Source of the DNA: Lama guanicoe
Lineage: Eukaryota
Direction of reading: 5' to 3'
NCBI GenBank assembly: GCA_013239625.1
Contig: MU054212.1
Coordinates: 8,003,412-8,067,411 of the forward strand
DNA length: 64,000 bases
Shown piece by piece: positions 1-13,361 of the stretch. Position 1 is the first letter of the stretch, and each line of letters starts with the position of its first letter. A program made the position numbers and the translations under genes. Below the pieces are notes generated by a model. That model saw nothing but the letters and a program-made list of their open reading frames with translations, was not told the DNA's origin and made no database searches.

Positions 1-48
1 GAGCAAACTGCTGGCTAGGGCTGCTCCAGCTTTGCTGAAGGGCAGAGG
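1..48 (+). CDS. DTNA: DTNA exon, 3' part only (first vr3 exon): SKLLARAAPALLKGR(G)
   Basis: The frame starting at base 2 resembles human …KLLARAAPAFLKGKG. Donor GG|gtaagt at 49, phase 2. Confidence 0.92.
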
Positions 49-632
49 GTAAGTTCAAGCCAGAGTGTGCTCGAGTCCTGAATTAACTGAACTAAAAATG
101 CGGGTTTTCTTGTGTTAAAAATGCTTTGTGTTTGAAAGACCGTCTTTGATGTCGTCACAGCGGCTCTGCCATAACCCCATTAACAGCACCGAATAGTTAT
201 TTTGAGCAGGCACATCTGTGTTGTTACCTTCCCTCATTTCCTTTCTTTTTTTTTTTAAATGACTAAGCTTCAGATTTGGTTTTCCAAAGGATAATCTTTG
301 CTTGCAGCCGATTTCAGTGCATTTACTGTACTGATAAATTTCTTGGCCTTAGTGGTTTGAAGAATGCGAATCTGTTTTCTTAAAAGTTACTCTCCCTAAG
401 TGGAAATCTTTAATTTTTTGTAAAGATGGTGAAATGGAATTGTGAATTCCCTTGCTTGGATTTTGCTTGTGGGTTTTTTGGGTTTTTTTTTCCATAGACC
501 ATCACTTAGTTTCCCTTTACTTTGCTTGGTTTTCTGAATGTCCTTTCTCCCGCAAACTCACTCCTACCCGTTCCACTTGGTCCTGTCCACCTGTCCTAAC
601 GGCACCCTTTCTCTCCTCCCGCCCTGTTTCAG

Positions 633-725
633 GATACAGTACAGCCTGAACGTGGCAGACAGGCTGGCCGACGAACATGTTCTCATTGGGTTATATGTCA
701 ACATGCTCCGGAACAACCCATCATG
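633..725 (+). CDS. DTNA: DTNA 93-nt exon (second vr3 exon, syntrophin-binding motif): IQYSLNVADRLADEHVLIGLYVNMLRNNPS(C)
   Basis: Acceptor cctgtttcag|G, donor TG|gttagt. Phase 2 to phase 2, so it is symmetric and can be skipped in frame. Confidence 0.96.
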
Positions 726-3051
726 GTTAGTGCAGGTTTGGCTGCTTGACTGTCCTGAGAGAGGGGAACAGTGTGAGCTCTTGACAAGCAGTCTCAGCAA
801 AGGGGCAAAGTCATTGGATGCCAGAGGTGCCACCAAGGCACTTTTTTTTTAACCAATTCCACTAAGATGTCTTTTGTGCTGTTAGTTTAGATGCTTCCCG
901 TTAATGTATCATAGAATTCACATCCTTGTTTATATCTTAGCTAAAGAGACAACTGGTGTAAATGGGTGCCGCGCTAAGTGTTAGGATCTAGGTGGACGCA
1001 GGACTCTGGGTGCCACCGGTTGGTTCTGCCTTCCATGCGCCATGTCAAACTACCGCCCAGTGGTGGCGCAAGAGGGTGTCTTATTCCAAGGACTGGTGTG
1101 TTTCCACTGATTTGGGAAACTGCTACATTCCCTTAAGATAGAAGTGGAAAAGAGGAAAAGTGATTGGATGGGCTCATACCTTGGAAATCTTTTCCCCAAC
1201 AATGATAACTGGGAGAAACTGTCTTTCAGCTCTTCTCTTACGAATGTTTCTGGGTAGCCATCCTGATAAAGCCTGCTTCCAAATCCCACAATAGGGCAAA
1301 CCATACTTTCAGATGTGTTAAATATGTGAATTCAGATAACCCTATGTATTAGGATAAAGGCATTCATGAAGTTTTTCCCTTTCTATTTTAATTGTGACAT
1401 AGGCAATTCCTCCCATTGGTTAAAGTTACTTAGTTTGATAATAAGTGTACATTTTCAATCTAAATGAAAATAAGTGGACAGACTGTATCATCATCCTGTG
1501 TTTTTAACCCTAGTTTAGGAAACTGTTTTATAAACATGTTTAGCAAACCAGTTCCTTAGAAATGTTCGCTTTTGCTTAACAACCCTAATCTTCTCTGAAC
1601 TAAGAGCCTATGGATTTTTTTGCAGTTTTAACTATTAAATGATCCAGTGGGTAAAACTGCCTTTAAAATTGGTCCCCTTTCCTCTCCTATATCACAGAAA
1701 GCATCTTTCAAATGTTCATTGCTGATTGCCCTCGCCACTGATCTTGTGACCCACTTCTTTGTTTCTAGAACTTTCTCCCCTTGACTGTTTCCAAACTTCC
1801 TTCCTATTCCTGCTTCTGATACCTTAGAACGATTTTTTGCAAGATTAGTACATGAGATGATTTTAGATGATAACATTGATGAACATCTATTTGTTTTACT
1901 AGTTACATGTTTATCTTCATTTGTATCTTTTAAATACAGATGACAAGGATATTGGCTTAATTTTATACTATAGCCTTCCCTTTCAGAAGATACAAATGCA
2001 CTCTTCAGCTCAGCCCATCGCTATGCTCAGATTTTCCAAGCTTGTCGATCAAACGGTTCTTCTTTCTCACATCTCAGCCTCTCAAAACTACAAGAGGGAA
2101 AGAGTGATTGTTTTAATCTAATTCCCAATGAGTTTGGTTCCCTGATGTTATATGGTGCTTGAAACAATAGAGCTAAATACTAAATTATCAAAAAAAAAGA
2201 TTGTATCAGTAATCTTCAAAGGATATAGTCGATAAAGATTCAATCATGTCTGAAGGCAGTGATGTGATCTACACCGTGTCCCCTCCCCCATAATCTAAGC
2301 ACATGCGGGTTATTTCTGCCACTCTTCTTTGACCTTTTCTTAATTAAAGTTGTAACAAAGGAATCTCTAAAGAGGAAAGCTCAAGAGTTTGTCACTACCA
2401 GCCCTTTTCTCTCCTCAAGAGGTTAATCATGTTGACTTGATGTTCACTTAAGACCGTAAAACTGTCTCATCTACTTGGTGAAAGCTGGATGTGATTTGTA
2501 TTTTGAATACAAAGCGGAATTTAAGACTGATCAATGAAGCGGGCTCCGCTTTAATAGCTACTGGCCTCCGCGATTCTCACTGCTTTTTGGCATCCTTAAA
2601 AACTCCAACTCCTTTTTCGAATTTCTCATTTTTTCCTTCCCTTTCCTTTCTGTTTAATCAGATCCTGGCAATTCCCCACACCTGCCATGATCATGTAAAT
2701 GAAGTAGTGATCTCTCGCCTCCCTTATCATCATTAGAGCATAATGCTTTCCTGTCATTCAGCTGTGGTGAGCTATAGCATGGTGGTAACCACAAAAGCCA
2801 CCATTTTTAAAGCATTTGCCTCAAGAAAAGCACTGTGTTAAAAACCTTTATTTACAGAATTTCCCCTAGAACTTGAGTAAACCTATAGAGTAAATACTGT
2901 CATCCCCATTTTATAGGCAAGTAAAGGTATTAATTTAGAGAGTTCACATGACTTTCCCCTAGGGACACAGCTACTACACAAGGGAGCAGGGACTTCAAGC
3001 TGATCCAGGCTCATAACCACTGTGCCACATCGCGTCTTATAAAACCTACTT

Positions 3052-3138
3052 GGGGGTGGGTTAGCTCAGTGGTAGAGCGCGTGCTTAGCATGCATGAGGT
3101 CGTGGGTTCAATCCTGGGTACCTCCAATTAAAAAGCAA
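3052..3138 (+). mobile_element. tRNA-derived SINE (camelid Vic-1-like)
   Basis: A box (tagctcagtgg), B box (ggttcaatcc), A-rich tail and an 11-bp TSD aaaacctactt at 3041-3051 and 3139-3149. Confidence 0.88.
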
Positions 3139-4185
3139 AAAACCTACTTAAATGCATCCCCTCCAGAAAGCTTTTCTGGACATTTCTCCGCACTGTATCC
3201 TCTGCACCCCTATTCAGAGCCACCACATATGTAGTAGCCACCGCCTACTACACTATTTTTATTTCCTTTTAACAAATATTTTGAGCACAGACCAGTCATA
3301 GGAATAGTGGCTGTTAATAAGTCGCCACTTATGTATTTAGTTCTATGCGTTGTGAGTTCTCATTTTAATTGTAAGCTTCAAAAAGATGATAATTTTCTCT
3401 CCGGTCCCTTGCACCTCATCACAGCAGCCAGAATATGAATAATAAATTTTACATTTATGAAGCGCTTTGGAAATTATAGAGCCTTTTCCCACCCATTGTT
3501 TAATTTGCTTGGCAAAGCCCTGTACGTTTGGCTATTATTATTGCCTTTTCACTGCTAAGAAAATGCCAGTTCCAAGACAGTAAGTGACTTATCCAGGGTC
3601 ACCTGCCAGCTAGGTCTTCTGATACTGGACCCATCTGTTTCCCACCTCATTCCTCAGCCTCCCTTCATGAGATGGTCCACAAATAAATAGGAACCTAAGA
3701 GTTGTTCGTGATGAAAAGGTGTGTTTTTGTAGTTATTCATATATGCCCCTGATCCACTCTGCGTGGGGACCTTCTCCCCTGTGTCAGCTACTTAACACCA
3801 TGGGAAAAGGATTCATTTCTTAATAGTCTGCCACTACATCAAAGATGTACTTATGTGTCTTTGCTGGTTCTGATGTCAGATAAACCACATAAATAAACTG
3901 TAGCTCAAGGGAGAATTCCTGCTGTCTTCCTAATTCCTAAGTGAAGTTTTAAAAGCCTGAATGGTTTTCAAGCCCCTCTTCCACGGGGGAGGAGAGGTCT
4001 CAGAGTCACAGAAGGGGGGCTTTCTATGGCCTTCCCGAGAGCTCATAGAGTGCCTGGGCTTGGTCGTGGTTTACAGCGCAGACTGTGGCAGGCGGACCAA
4101 AGGAAATCAGAAACCAGCCCAGAACTTCCAACTTTTAACCATAATTATAAGCCTCAGTATTTACCAGTCAGAAGCTTTCGGCCTG

Positions 4186-4839
4186 TGTCGACTGGAAAAC
4201 AAAAAAGCACAACCCAAAGGTTGAGACTTTTATCCTGAGGACTTCAGCCTGGGGTGACAGCCTCTCAGATTGCTGTGAGGGACTGCTGCAGAGAGGCCGG
4301 GGAGGAGCCAAGCTGTGTAGGAGTGTCTGCCACAAAGACCAGGTGGTTGGAACATTGAAAGGTTACTGTTGGGGGGAGCGTATAGCTCAAGTGGTAGAGC
4401 GCATGCTCAGCATGAAAATGAGGTCCTGGGTTCAATCCCCAGCACCTCCATCAAAAAACTAAATAAATAGGTGAACCTAATTACCTCTTCCCTGCAAAAA
4501 CAAAGATAAATAAATAAAGATTACTGTTGATTAAAGAAAATCAGATATCTTAAGTTAAGGAATTTAGCACTTTTCTATGTCTAGGAAGGTGCAAAGGTCT
4601 GGGCTCATTGAAGTCATTCCTTTGATACACACCTAGCCATCTAGGGCCGGTGTCCTTTTCTTCCACATCCTGAGTGCCCTCAAGGTGCACCACTGGGGGT
4701 GGCCGCAGAGGCCAGGCTGCCAGCTTGTCTGCATCCTGAGTTCCCTTCGCTCACTGTCACAAGTGGTGGCAGTGGCTGATGACTTGATGGCCACAGCATC
4801 CTTGTTTACTGATACGGCAGGCAGTATTTTTCATCCACA
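4186..4839 (-). mobile_element. Solo ERV1-type LTR (MER41-like) interrupted by a SINE
   Basis: TG...CA termini and MER41-like motifs on both sides of the SINE. Family assigned from memory; no TSD found. Confidence 0.55.
4371..4515 (+). mobile_element. tRNA-derived SINE (Vic-1-like, long tail with cctaattacc)
   Basis: A and B boxes. TSD aaaggttactgtt (4358-4370) / aaagattactgtt (4516-4528). Confidence 0.88.
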
Positions 4840-7800
4840 GTATCTTCTTTTATGAGTTTTTATCTCCTTGTTAACACTACTCTCTTTCTTCTGTAAATGT
4901 TTAGAACCTTCAGTTGTAGAACTAGACTTCTGAGAAAGATATTTCCTTAGAATCCTAAACGCATAAACCCAAAGAATGTCACACCACAAGTGCACATATC
5001 TGCATGAGCTGCATTTTACTCACAACAGTTTTTCTCAGCATAATCAATCAGATGATAAATTGATTTTAAGATGAGTTCATTTCCCTGTTATAGATTCTAA
5101 TACGTTTTAAGTTTCTATGGAAAACGAGAGTGACACTACCAATTTGATGAGGTCATTGATGTAAATTAGCTAGCATGGGACTGGGAACATGGGAATAACT
5201 CAGTGTTAGTTCCTCACTTAATTCTGAATAGGGTTGAAGGCACATAATAAGTTAGATTTTAAATCCCATTATGTAAAACCTGTCCATTTTAATATGATAG
5301 AAATAAACTGATCGCTCATGAATGTTCATCAGTATTTCTGAATGGATGAACTTCAGAGTGTACTTTCTCTGAATGTGTTAAAATAAAGAATTCAGAATGG
5401 GACATGGTCTCATATGCTGCTTGATAAGTTGTGCAAAAGGGATATTTGATTAAAAATTCAAATTAAAAATTCTGTATTCAGCTTTGTATATAGAAGCGAG
5501 AAGAAATAGAGAAGGTATCACTGTTAAGCTGAATTCTTCCTTTGTTTAGGAAATCAGAGAGATGAAGACCACCGATTGCTTCTGTAAAATCCGTCATTGA
5601 TTCAACTGAACTGTTTTTCTTTACTGGGGTATAACCTAGAATACTGGCTGGCAACCAATCACATTTTCTTGAGCAAAAAGCTAATTTATAGATAAGGAAG
5701 TGGTGGTACAAAAATGGTCATAGCAAACAATATTACCTGCTTTTTAGAGGTAAGAGTTAAAAAGAGTGCTCCCGTCAAGTCTTACCGTGTACCCTGGCAT
5801 TGCTATAAACACTACACATGGTAATCCTCCTATAAGCCACAAAGTAAGTTACCACTGTATCCGTTTTATAGATGAGACAATTGAGGCACAGAGAGGTTAG
5901 GTGACTTTCCCAGAGCCACACAGCTCGTAAGTGAGAGGGCTAGGGTTTGCATACAGAATTGATCCAGTCCAGCCTCCCACCCACTCTTGTATACTGCTGT
6001 CAGTTATTCACGCTTCCTAAGAGTAAGCATTTTTTTGGAGTGGGAGCTTACCTCTTCAGACACCATCTGCTTTCCTAATCTTTAAGACAGCAACAACAAA
6101 ATGTGAGCCAAAAGAGAATTTGCCATGACTAGGGGTGGGGGAGATCTGTTGACAAATATGAACATGTATAGTGACATTTCTATGAACTTTAACACCTGTA
6201 CAGAGCAGATAAGGAATCTGTCTGCAGCTATAGAATATATCTTGATTTTAACTCCGCCAGGTGTTTGATTTTAGGTAGCATGGCTAGTGTTAAGGTACAG
6301 TATTCCACCTGTATTCTTCTGATTTTTCTCTAAGTGTTGAGGATGCATGCAGAGCCAAGCAGGATATAGAAGAGTTGAGCCAAAGAGCATGACATTGCAA
6401 GCCTTAGGGAGCCGCCCTCTATTAGCTCTTTTGTCCAACTGATTCTTGGGTCGTTCCTGCTGTGTTCCAAGCCCTGAGCTAAACACTCAGATTCTCATGG
6501 TGAAAAGACTGAACCAGGCCGTCTTTAGAGAAGTTGCAGTTTAGTGAAGGATAAACACAATGCAAAGAGATAACAGCTAAAGAAAAGGCAGTGCAGCGCA
6601 GAGTGCTGTAGGATGTATGAGATGCGATGGACTTGAATTTGGAGTTTGGACATGAGGGTAGCAAACGACAGCCAAAGGCAACAGCAGAAGGAAGAGGAAT
6701 TGGCCGAGTGGAAGCAGGTGGAGAAGGCAGAGAGATTGCTCAGGGCAGAGGGGATGTGGTGCATTCGAGGAACTTAAGTGTGGTAAGGCCACGGGGTAAA
6801 GGACGAAGCTAGATTATGCAGGATCTTCTCGGGCTTATTTGGGGAGTTTGAGAAATGAGAACCTATTGAAGTTTTATACATATAGGGATGTTCCAGCCAA
6901 CTTCATTTTTAAAAGATCGCTGACTATGGGGTAGAAAACAATTTGGAGGACAGAATAACTCTCAAATCAGAGTGACCTGCTGAGAGGACTTTACCCTTAT
7001 TCAGGATAGGATGACGCTGGCCGGGGGCACGTCAGTGACAGCTGGAATAGAAGGAAACGGAGGAACTTGAGAGTTTGTAGAAGGTAGAAGGCACGGCCTT
7101 GATCATCGATTATAACGCAATGGAGTGGTTTCTCAAAGTCAGGGTCTCAATAAAGGAGTTTGAAGGCATCTCTGTAGAGAAGCCACTATTATCAATAAGT
7201 TATCATTATGATGCTGACTATCCATGAAGATGGGCATTTCGTGATTTCCTGTCTTTTCCTTGCAAACCAGTCAACAGTTGAAGCTCTGAGAGTTAGTTAG
7301 TTTCCCTCTCCAGCCTTCAGTCCCATAAAACCACTTCTTGGGCCCCGGTATCATGTCATTCCTTCCCACACCTGCTTCTTGTCACTGACTCCTAAAGGCC
7401 AGGAGGACAGTATCTACCCTGTGGTCTTTTGCTCCCAACCAACTGCAAAAGACAGAAAATACCCTGATAAAGTCACCCTCCACTTAGGTATTAACTAATA
7501 ATGCCTTCTCGGACAGTAATCCTCCGAATAGCTATCTGCATTTTAATAAAAGAGTAGTGACACTTAATGACCTTAAAAATTCATCTAGCGATAAATTCCT
7601 GGCACCATTCAGACAAATGGAAAAAATATTAAGGAAAAACGTAGAAGTATTTCTGGCGCCCTTTGGATCACATTATTACTTGGTTGACTGTCCCACCCAC
7701 CCTGGAAGTCAGAACAGGCCTACAGATAAACCAGAGACATGTGAACAAACCTTGAGTTCCCAGAAATCCCTGCTAAATCACAGTTTAGGAGGTCCTGGCA

Positions 7801-9029
7801 CAACGGGGGCCACTTGCATTTCCTGACGCCGCTTTGAAATCACTAGCAGCTGACGCTGGCCGTGTATTTAAGTAGAAAGTGGAAGAGCTTTCAAAATAAT
7901 AGATTTCCCCATTCTGAAATGCAGTCCCCACAGCAGCCCCTTTATCATTCATCATGGTCTTGTAGCAAGATTACTGATTATAAAGTCTGGAAATGAATAG
8001 GCAGGGATGGAGAAAATGTTGGAGTTGGTATTTCTTTAATGATTTAGGGATTATTGGCCATTCATTTTCAACTATTTGTAATTGAAGTCTTGAAATAATG
8101 GAATTTATTAGAGGAATGCCTCATTCACCCTTGTGTAATGTGAACGTACCAAAATGGCACGTGTGGACTCATAAATCGTTTATGTGCACAAAGGGGCAAT
8201 ACATCACTCCACCCCTCATTCACTCAGTGCAGGAGGGAGGAGAGGCATGGAAGTATGAGTTATAGCTTACTAGACAAAACCCAGAACTTCACATCTAACA
8301 TTTTCCAAAATGATTTTTATATAACCTTCATATTATTTATGCTTGCTGGTCACTCATGATAAAAGGCACTTTTATCATGAGGCTTTTATTTTTTAAATCA
8401 AGGGGGTTTTTTTCTATTATTTATTTATCAAAACACAAACGTTTTTGACAAAGTCACTTTCAGGCGGTGAAACAGATCACTGTCCTGGGCTCGGAGCAGT
8501 GGGCCTGGTCGCCTGCACGAACTGTGTTGAATTAGGCGTATGGTTTCTAACACACCAACCAGAAATGATAAATGTATTAAAATCAAATTAAATTGTTTCT
8601 TTGTGGGGTGATTTTATGTTTAAAGCAAGGACAACATAACTTTCTTATTGAAGCTGTTAATGAGAAATTCAGTTATTTTTAACCACTGCAGAGTGCAGAC
8701 GTGTTTTGTAATACATCTGTTTTAACTATCTGCCTTAAAGCATCAGTTGTCCAGAACTAATTCTGCCTTTTACTAGTAAAAGTATTTTTTTTATTCCAAC
8801 TCTAAGTTTGTAGGCTAATTGAAATCCCAGTCCACTGGGATTAATATTACACATGTGTGAGCCCTGAATCCTAGAATTTCTGTCTTAAGCAAATGTTTGT
8901 AAAGTATCACACACATGCTATGTGAATATCACTTAAATACTCATGAAAAATGATCTCTTTTATTTACATGGTTTACACTTGGGGTTCATTTCATGTGTTT
9001 AACTTTTTAAATTTTATTTTCAAGATCTA

Positions 9030-9208
9030 GATCCTTGCTACTCAAAGTGTCTTAGGGACCAACAATAGCAACATATCTTGCGAACTTGTTAGAAATGCAT
9101 GTTCTCAGGTTCCATCCTACCCCATCACCCCCACTGCAGAACCAGAGACTGCGTTTTCACAAGATCCCTACGTGACCTGTGCACAGACTCAAGTCTAAGA
9201 GCCCTGCT
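9030..9208. mobile_element. MER5A-like hAT-Charlie DNA transposon relic
   Basis: Characteristic motifs ctactcaaagtgt…gaacttgttagaaatgca…caagatccc. Confidence 0.65.
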
Positions 9209-10304
9209 CTAGATAGTTTTGGGTGGTAGATGGCATTTTAAAGGAGATAAGAATCATTAATGAGTCTCAATAGGTTACTTAAGAGGCAAAATAATAATAA
9301 TATTGCATTAACTAATTTTTTGAGCATTTTATGTATTCCAGACATCATACTAGCTCGATGCTTTTCTCATGCATCACCTCATTTGGGCAACAGGAAAGAG
9401 GAGACTCCTTTTATGAGGATGGAGCAGCGATCTGGTAAATGGAGAAATTCAGGAATACCCTAGGTAGCATACAGTAACTTAGAGAAAAGGGCTAACCTGG
9501 AGTGGAAGAATTCAGGATAAGAACAGGTATAGTTTACGGATGGGAGGTGTATAGACTAGAGCAGAGATAATGGAGACGTGAATATCTTCCAAATGACCAG
9601 AAAAACATGTTACGGTAATGGATTCCTCCAGAGAGAGATGAGCTGCTTGGAAGTGACTTGCTAATGTGATTTTACTCATCTTCTTACTTTAGAACAAAGG
9701 GTAAGAGATTATGTGGCATGTTTACTGTGTATGCAAATGTACACATAAATGATATAAATGTCTGGTACTGTATATGGATCCAAGTCTTTTCAGTGGATAA
9801 TTCTTAGAACCTTAATAGTGGCAAAGAAATGTGTCATTTTTAATGCATAATCATGAGTATTAATTGTTTTCTTTAAGGAATAGGCTTAAGTATAAGAGCC
9901 AATGGAGGAGAGAATCCGTATATTTGGGGATTGAGAGGAACTAGTTCCTTAATCTTGATCCTGACATGACACTCACCATAATAACTGCTAACTATGATGA
10001 GCTAGTCTGTTAACAGGACTAGTGTTACCGGTATGTTTCGTAGATTTTTTTTTTCTAGTGGCACGGAAAACCTAGTCTTAATAAAGGCTTTCTGAAATAA
10101 GGGGGAGTTGATAATGCGTCTATTTGCATTAGTTTTTTAGCGGGTTGGATTATCCTCACTCTAGTAGGAACAATTTTTATAAATGTACAGGAGACCCTGA
10201 ACAATTCCCATTAATGTCACTAGAAGCCACTACCGTAATTCTACTTCTCTGAAAGTAAATATAAAATGGCAAGTAACCTGGGTAGTAATACGATAAATGA
10301 GAAT

Positions 10305-11147
10305 TATATTAGTTATGTTTTGCTGCGTAATGAATTATGCAAAAGCTAAGCAGCTTAAAACAACAAACACATATTATTTCACAGAGGGTCAGGAATCCAT
10401 GTTGGGCTTGGTTGGGGGGGTGTGACTCAGGACTTCCATGAGGTTGCAGTCAAGCTCTCGGCTGGGCTGTGGTCTCATTTAAAGGCTCTTCCAAAGGGGA
10501 TCCAGTCCAGGATCTTTTTATAATCTGATCTTGGAAGTTACCTTCCATTGCTTCTGCCACATTCTATTCATTGGAAGAAAGCCAGGGGGCAGGGGGGGAG
10601 AAGGTTGAGGGGGCTGTTGGCGGGATACATTGGGAGTTCAGAATTTGCAGATACACACTACTATATATAAAACAGATAAACAACAAGGACCTACTGTAGA
10701 GCACAGGGAACTATATTCGATACCTGAAATAGCCTATAATGAAAAGGAATATGTATATAATATATTACTGAATCACTATGCTGTACACCAGAAATTAACA
10801 CAACATTGTAAACCAACTATACTTCAATTAAACAAAAACAAAAACAAACTACCCAAACAACATATAACTTCACAATATAAGTGCTACAAAAAAAAAAAAT
10901 CCAACAGGATTTAATGAAAAAGAACAGCAAGACCAGAAGGAGAGACCTCGCTATAATGTAGATTAGGCGTTTAGAGAAGATATCACTATAGTTACAACAT
11001 GTGAACTGAAATGCAAAGAATGGATAAGCTTCTTAGCAAACAAAGAAAAAGAAGAAGAAATCCGCCAAGTCCAGCCCATAATAAAGGGAGAGGATTACAC
11101 ACAGGAGTGTGAATGCCGGGAGGCGGGATCACTGGGGGCTGACCACA
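10305..11147. mobile_element. MaLR LTR (MLT1F-like), split by an insertion at about 10584-11053
   Basis: MLT1 motifs gcttaaaacaacaaacacat…ttctgccacattctatt, resuming after the insert as caagtccagccca…ggagtgtgaat…accaca. Confidence 0.65.
10584..10835 (+). mobile_element. 5'-truncated L1 3' end
   Basis: Typical artiodactyl L1 3' UTR: caacaaggacctactgtagagcacagggaactatatt…aacattgtaaaccaactatacttcaattaaa. Confidence 0.85.
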
Positions 11148-11562
11148 GTGACCACAATTGCTTTTTGCCTCCTTTTTGCTTTCCTATTTTCTTATGTGTT
11201 GATTTCAGACAAGTATGACTTGTGTAATAAGGAAATAAAATTGTTAAAGGCAATAAAATTCAATTAAAGAGAAGATATTCTTTCTCTTTTCTCAGTTTCT
11301 ATCAGAAAAGTCGCTCCTCTTTGGAGCTTTCTTAGTAAGACAGGATTTATTAACGACGTTCCTGAACACTATTAGATCATGTCACGAATCTAAGTCTAGT
11401 ATCATTAACCTAACGGGGTTTTGTATAGCCTTCAAATGTTTTGCCCTGAAAAATGGAAATTGCAACCCCAACTCTCCCCAACTCCCACCATACGGTGGTA
11501 GTATGAGCATGTCCATCTTTCTCAGCTGCCTAACAGGCTCCTTCTTGCTCTGTCCTTAACAG

Positions 11563-11650
11563 TATGCTTGAGAGCTCCAACCGGCTTGACGAGGAGCACC
11601 GGCTGATCGCCAGATACGCGGCAAGACTGGCAGCCGAGTCCACTTCATCC
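11563..11650 (+). CDS. DTNA: DTNA exon: (C)MLESSNRLDEEHRLIARYAARLAAESTSS (syntrophin-binding motif)
   Basis: Acceptor ccttaacag|T, donor TCC|gtaagt. 88 nt, phase 2 to 0. Confidence 0.97.
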
Positions 11651-12109
11651 GTAAGTAGTTTGAGTGAAAGGATGTCCTGTTCATCGTTATCCTGATAGCC
11701 AGGGTGACAAGCGCAGAGCTGAACAGTTGCCTGCAGTTCTGTCTGCAAGACCCAGACACGCTCTGGCTGCTCCCGTGTTTCACTGCTCAGCTACCGTCCT
11801 GGTAGAGCATGAATCAGAGCCCAAGGTGTTCTGTTCCAGCAGTGCTGAACCAGCCTGACGCTTGACTTCTCTGCATAATTCCTCATCAGTTACTCTAAAG
11901 AGCAAGCAACGATTCAGGTCCACAACTGGCTCAGATAACTTTCTGCTTTTATCAATATGTAAAATATATACAAGAAAGAGAAAATTATGTCGTAAACTCA
12001 AAAGAAGACCCTGCACAGCATGTCAAAGCTGCCATAGGAGACCATTCAGGACCTCAACATTCTTCACCAGCAACACGTATGGTTTCCTTGTTAAAAGAAG
12101 TGCTAATGA

Positions 12110-12516
12110 TGGATGGATTGTAGATTGTCATTCTAAGTAAAGTGAGCCAGAAAGAGAAAGAAAAATACCATATGATATAACTTATATGTGGAATCTTAAA
12201 AAAATGCAAATAAACTTATTTACAAAACAGAAACAGACTCACAGACATAAAAACAAACTTATGGTTACCAGTGGGGCAAGGGGGTGGGAAGGGACAGATT
12301 AGGGGATTAAGACTTGCCGATACTAACTACTATATGTAAATTAGATAAACATCGTTTCTACTGTATAGCACAGGGAACCATATTCAACATCTTGTAGTAA
12401 CCTATAACGAAAAAGAATCTGAAAACAAATACATGTATGTGTATGTATGACTGAAACTTTATGCTGTATACCAGAAATGGTGACACAACATTGTAAACTG
12501 ACTATACTTCAGTCAA
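12110..12516 (+). mobile_element. 5'-truncated L1 3' end with TSD
   Basis: L1 3' UTR motifs. TSD aaaagaagtgctaatga (12093-12109) / aaaagaaatgctgatga (12517-12533). Confidence 0.88.
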
Positions 12517-12850
12517 AAAAGAAATGCTGATGAAAAACAATAGAAAGGCCTTTCTGAAAGCCAGAACTTTACCAAGTTTAAATATTTTCCTTTCCTAAAA
12601 ACTATTAAAAATAGTTTTCTGTCAATTAAAAAGCAGGTTGAGTTTCTCCATAGCTTGCGCAACGGCAGTGGGTGCTAGTTTTTAAAGCCTGGCATTCTTT
12701 GGTAGAAAGGTTAGTTGTGGTATTTTGAATTCATTTTAAAAACAGTAAAAATTGACATCGAGGAGTTTCATAATGAACTGTAGAATAAAGAAAGCAAGGC
12801 ACAGGGAAGTCTACGTAATCTGACGCGGTTTTTATAAAACAGTATCAAAT

Positions 12851-12947
12851 GGGGGTAGTGGGTATAGCTCAGTGGAAGGGTGCATGGTAGCATGCACTAG
12901 GTCCTGGGTTTCGATCTCCAGTACTTACATTAAAAATAATAATAAAA
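12851..12947 (+). mobile_element. tRNA-derived SINE (Vic-1-like, diverged)
   Basis: gtatagctcagtgg…ggtcctgggtttcgatctcc followed by an A-rich tail. Confidence 0.8.
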
Positions 12948-13361
12948 TTTTTTTGAACATACAGTTATTACTGGTACATTACAGTGGTGTAACAGCAGTT
13001 CAAGAGAAAGTGTCACCTCAGCAGTGAAACCTTTTTAACCCCATTTTATTGAAAGAATATTTGCAAGAAGGAAACGGCTCCCCAAAGACTTCAAGTCAGA
13101 AAGCTCAGAAACAACTTTTCCCGTGTTTTATGTATTTGCCTGCCTAAGAATTCTGTTCTGCTTTCCACCGCATATGGATCTGCTCCAGATCCACAGAAAC
13201 ACTCGGTCTGTAGAAGAGGAGTGGCCATTTAATTTTATGCACTGGCTTTATTGTTTTGATGGAAGTGCTTCTTCCTTCTTGTCTGCACATCTCACGACCC
13301 CGTCTTCTCAGACGCAGGTTCCCTTTCCCGTTATTAAATAGTGTAAACCCATATGTTACAG

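Noticed and set aside
3052..3125. tRNA-like sequences here and at the other SINE copies as real tRNA genes
   Set aside because: They have A-rich tails, TSDs, scattered mutations and imperfect acceptor stems, so they are SINEs.
13312..13317. Possible 6-nt microexon ACGCAG between AG and GT
   Set aside because: The donor gttccc is very weak and the downstream intron would be only 44 nt. Kept only as a possible decoy acceptor.
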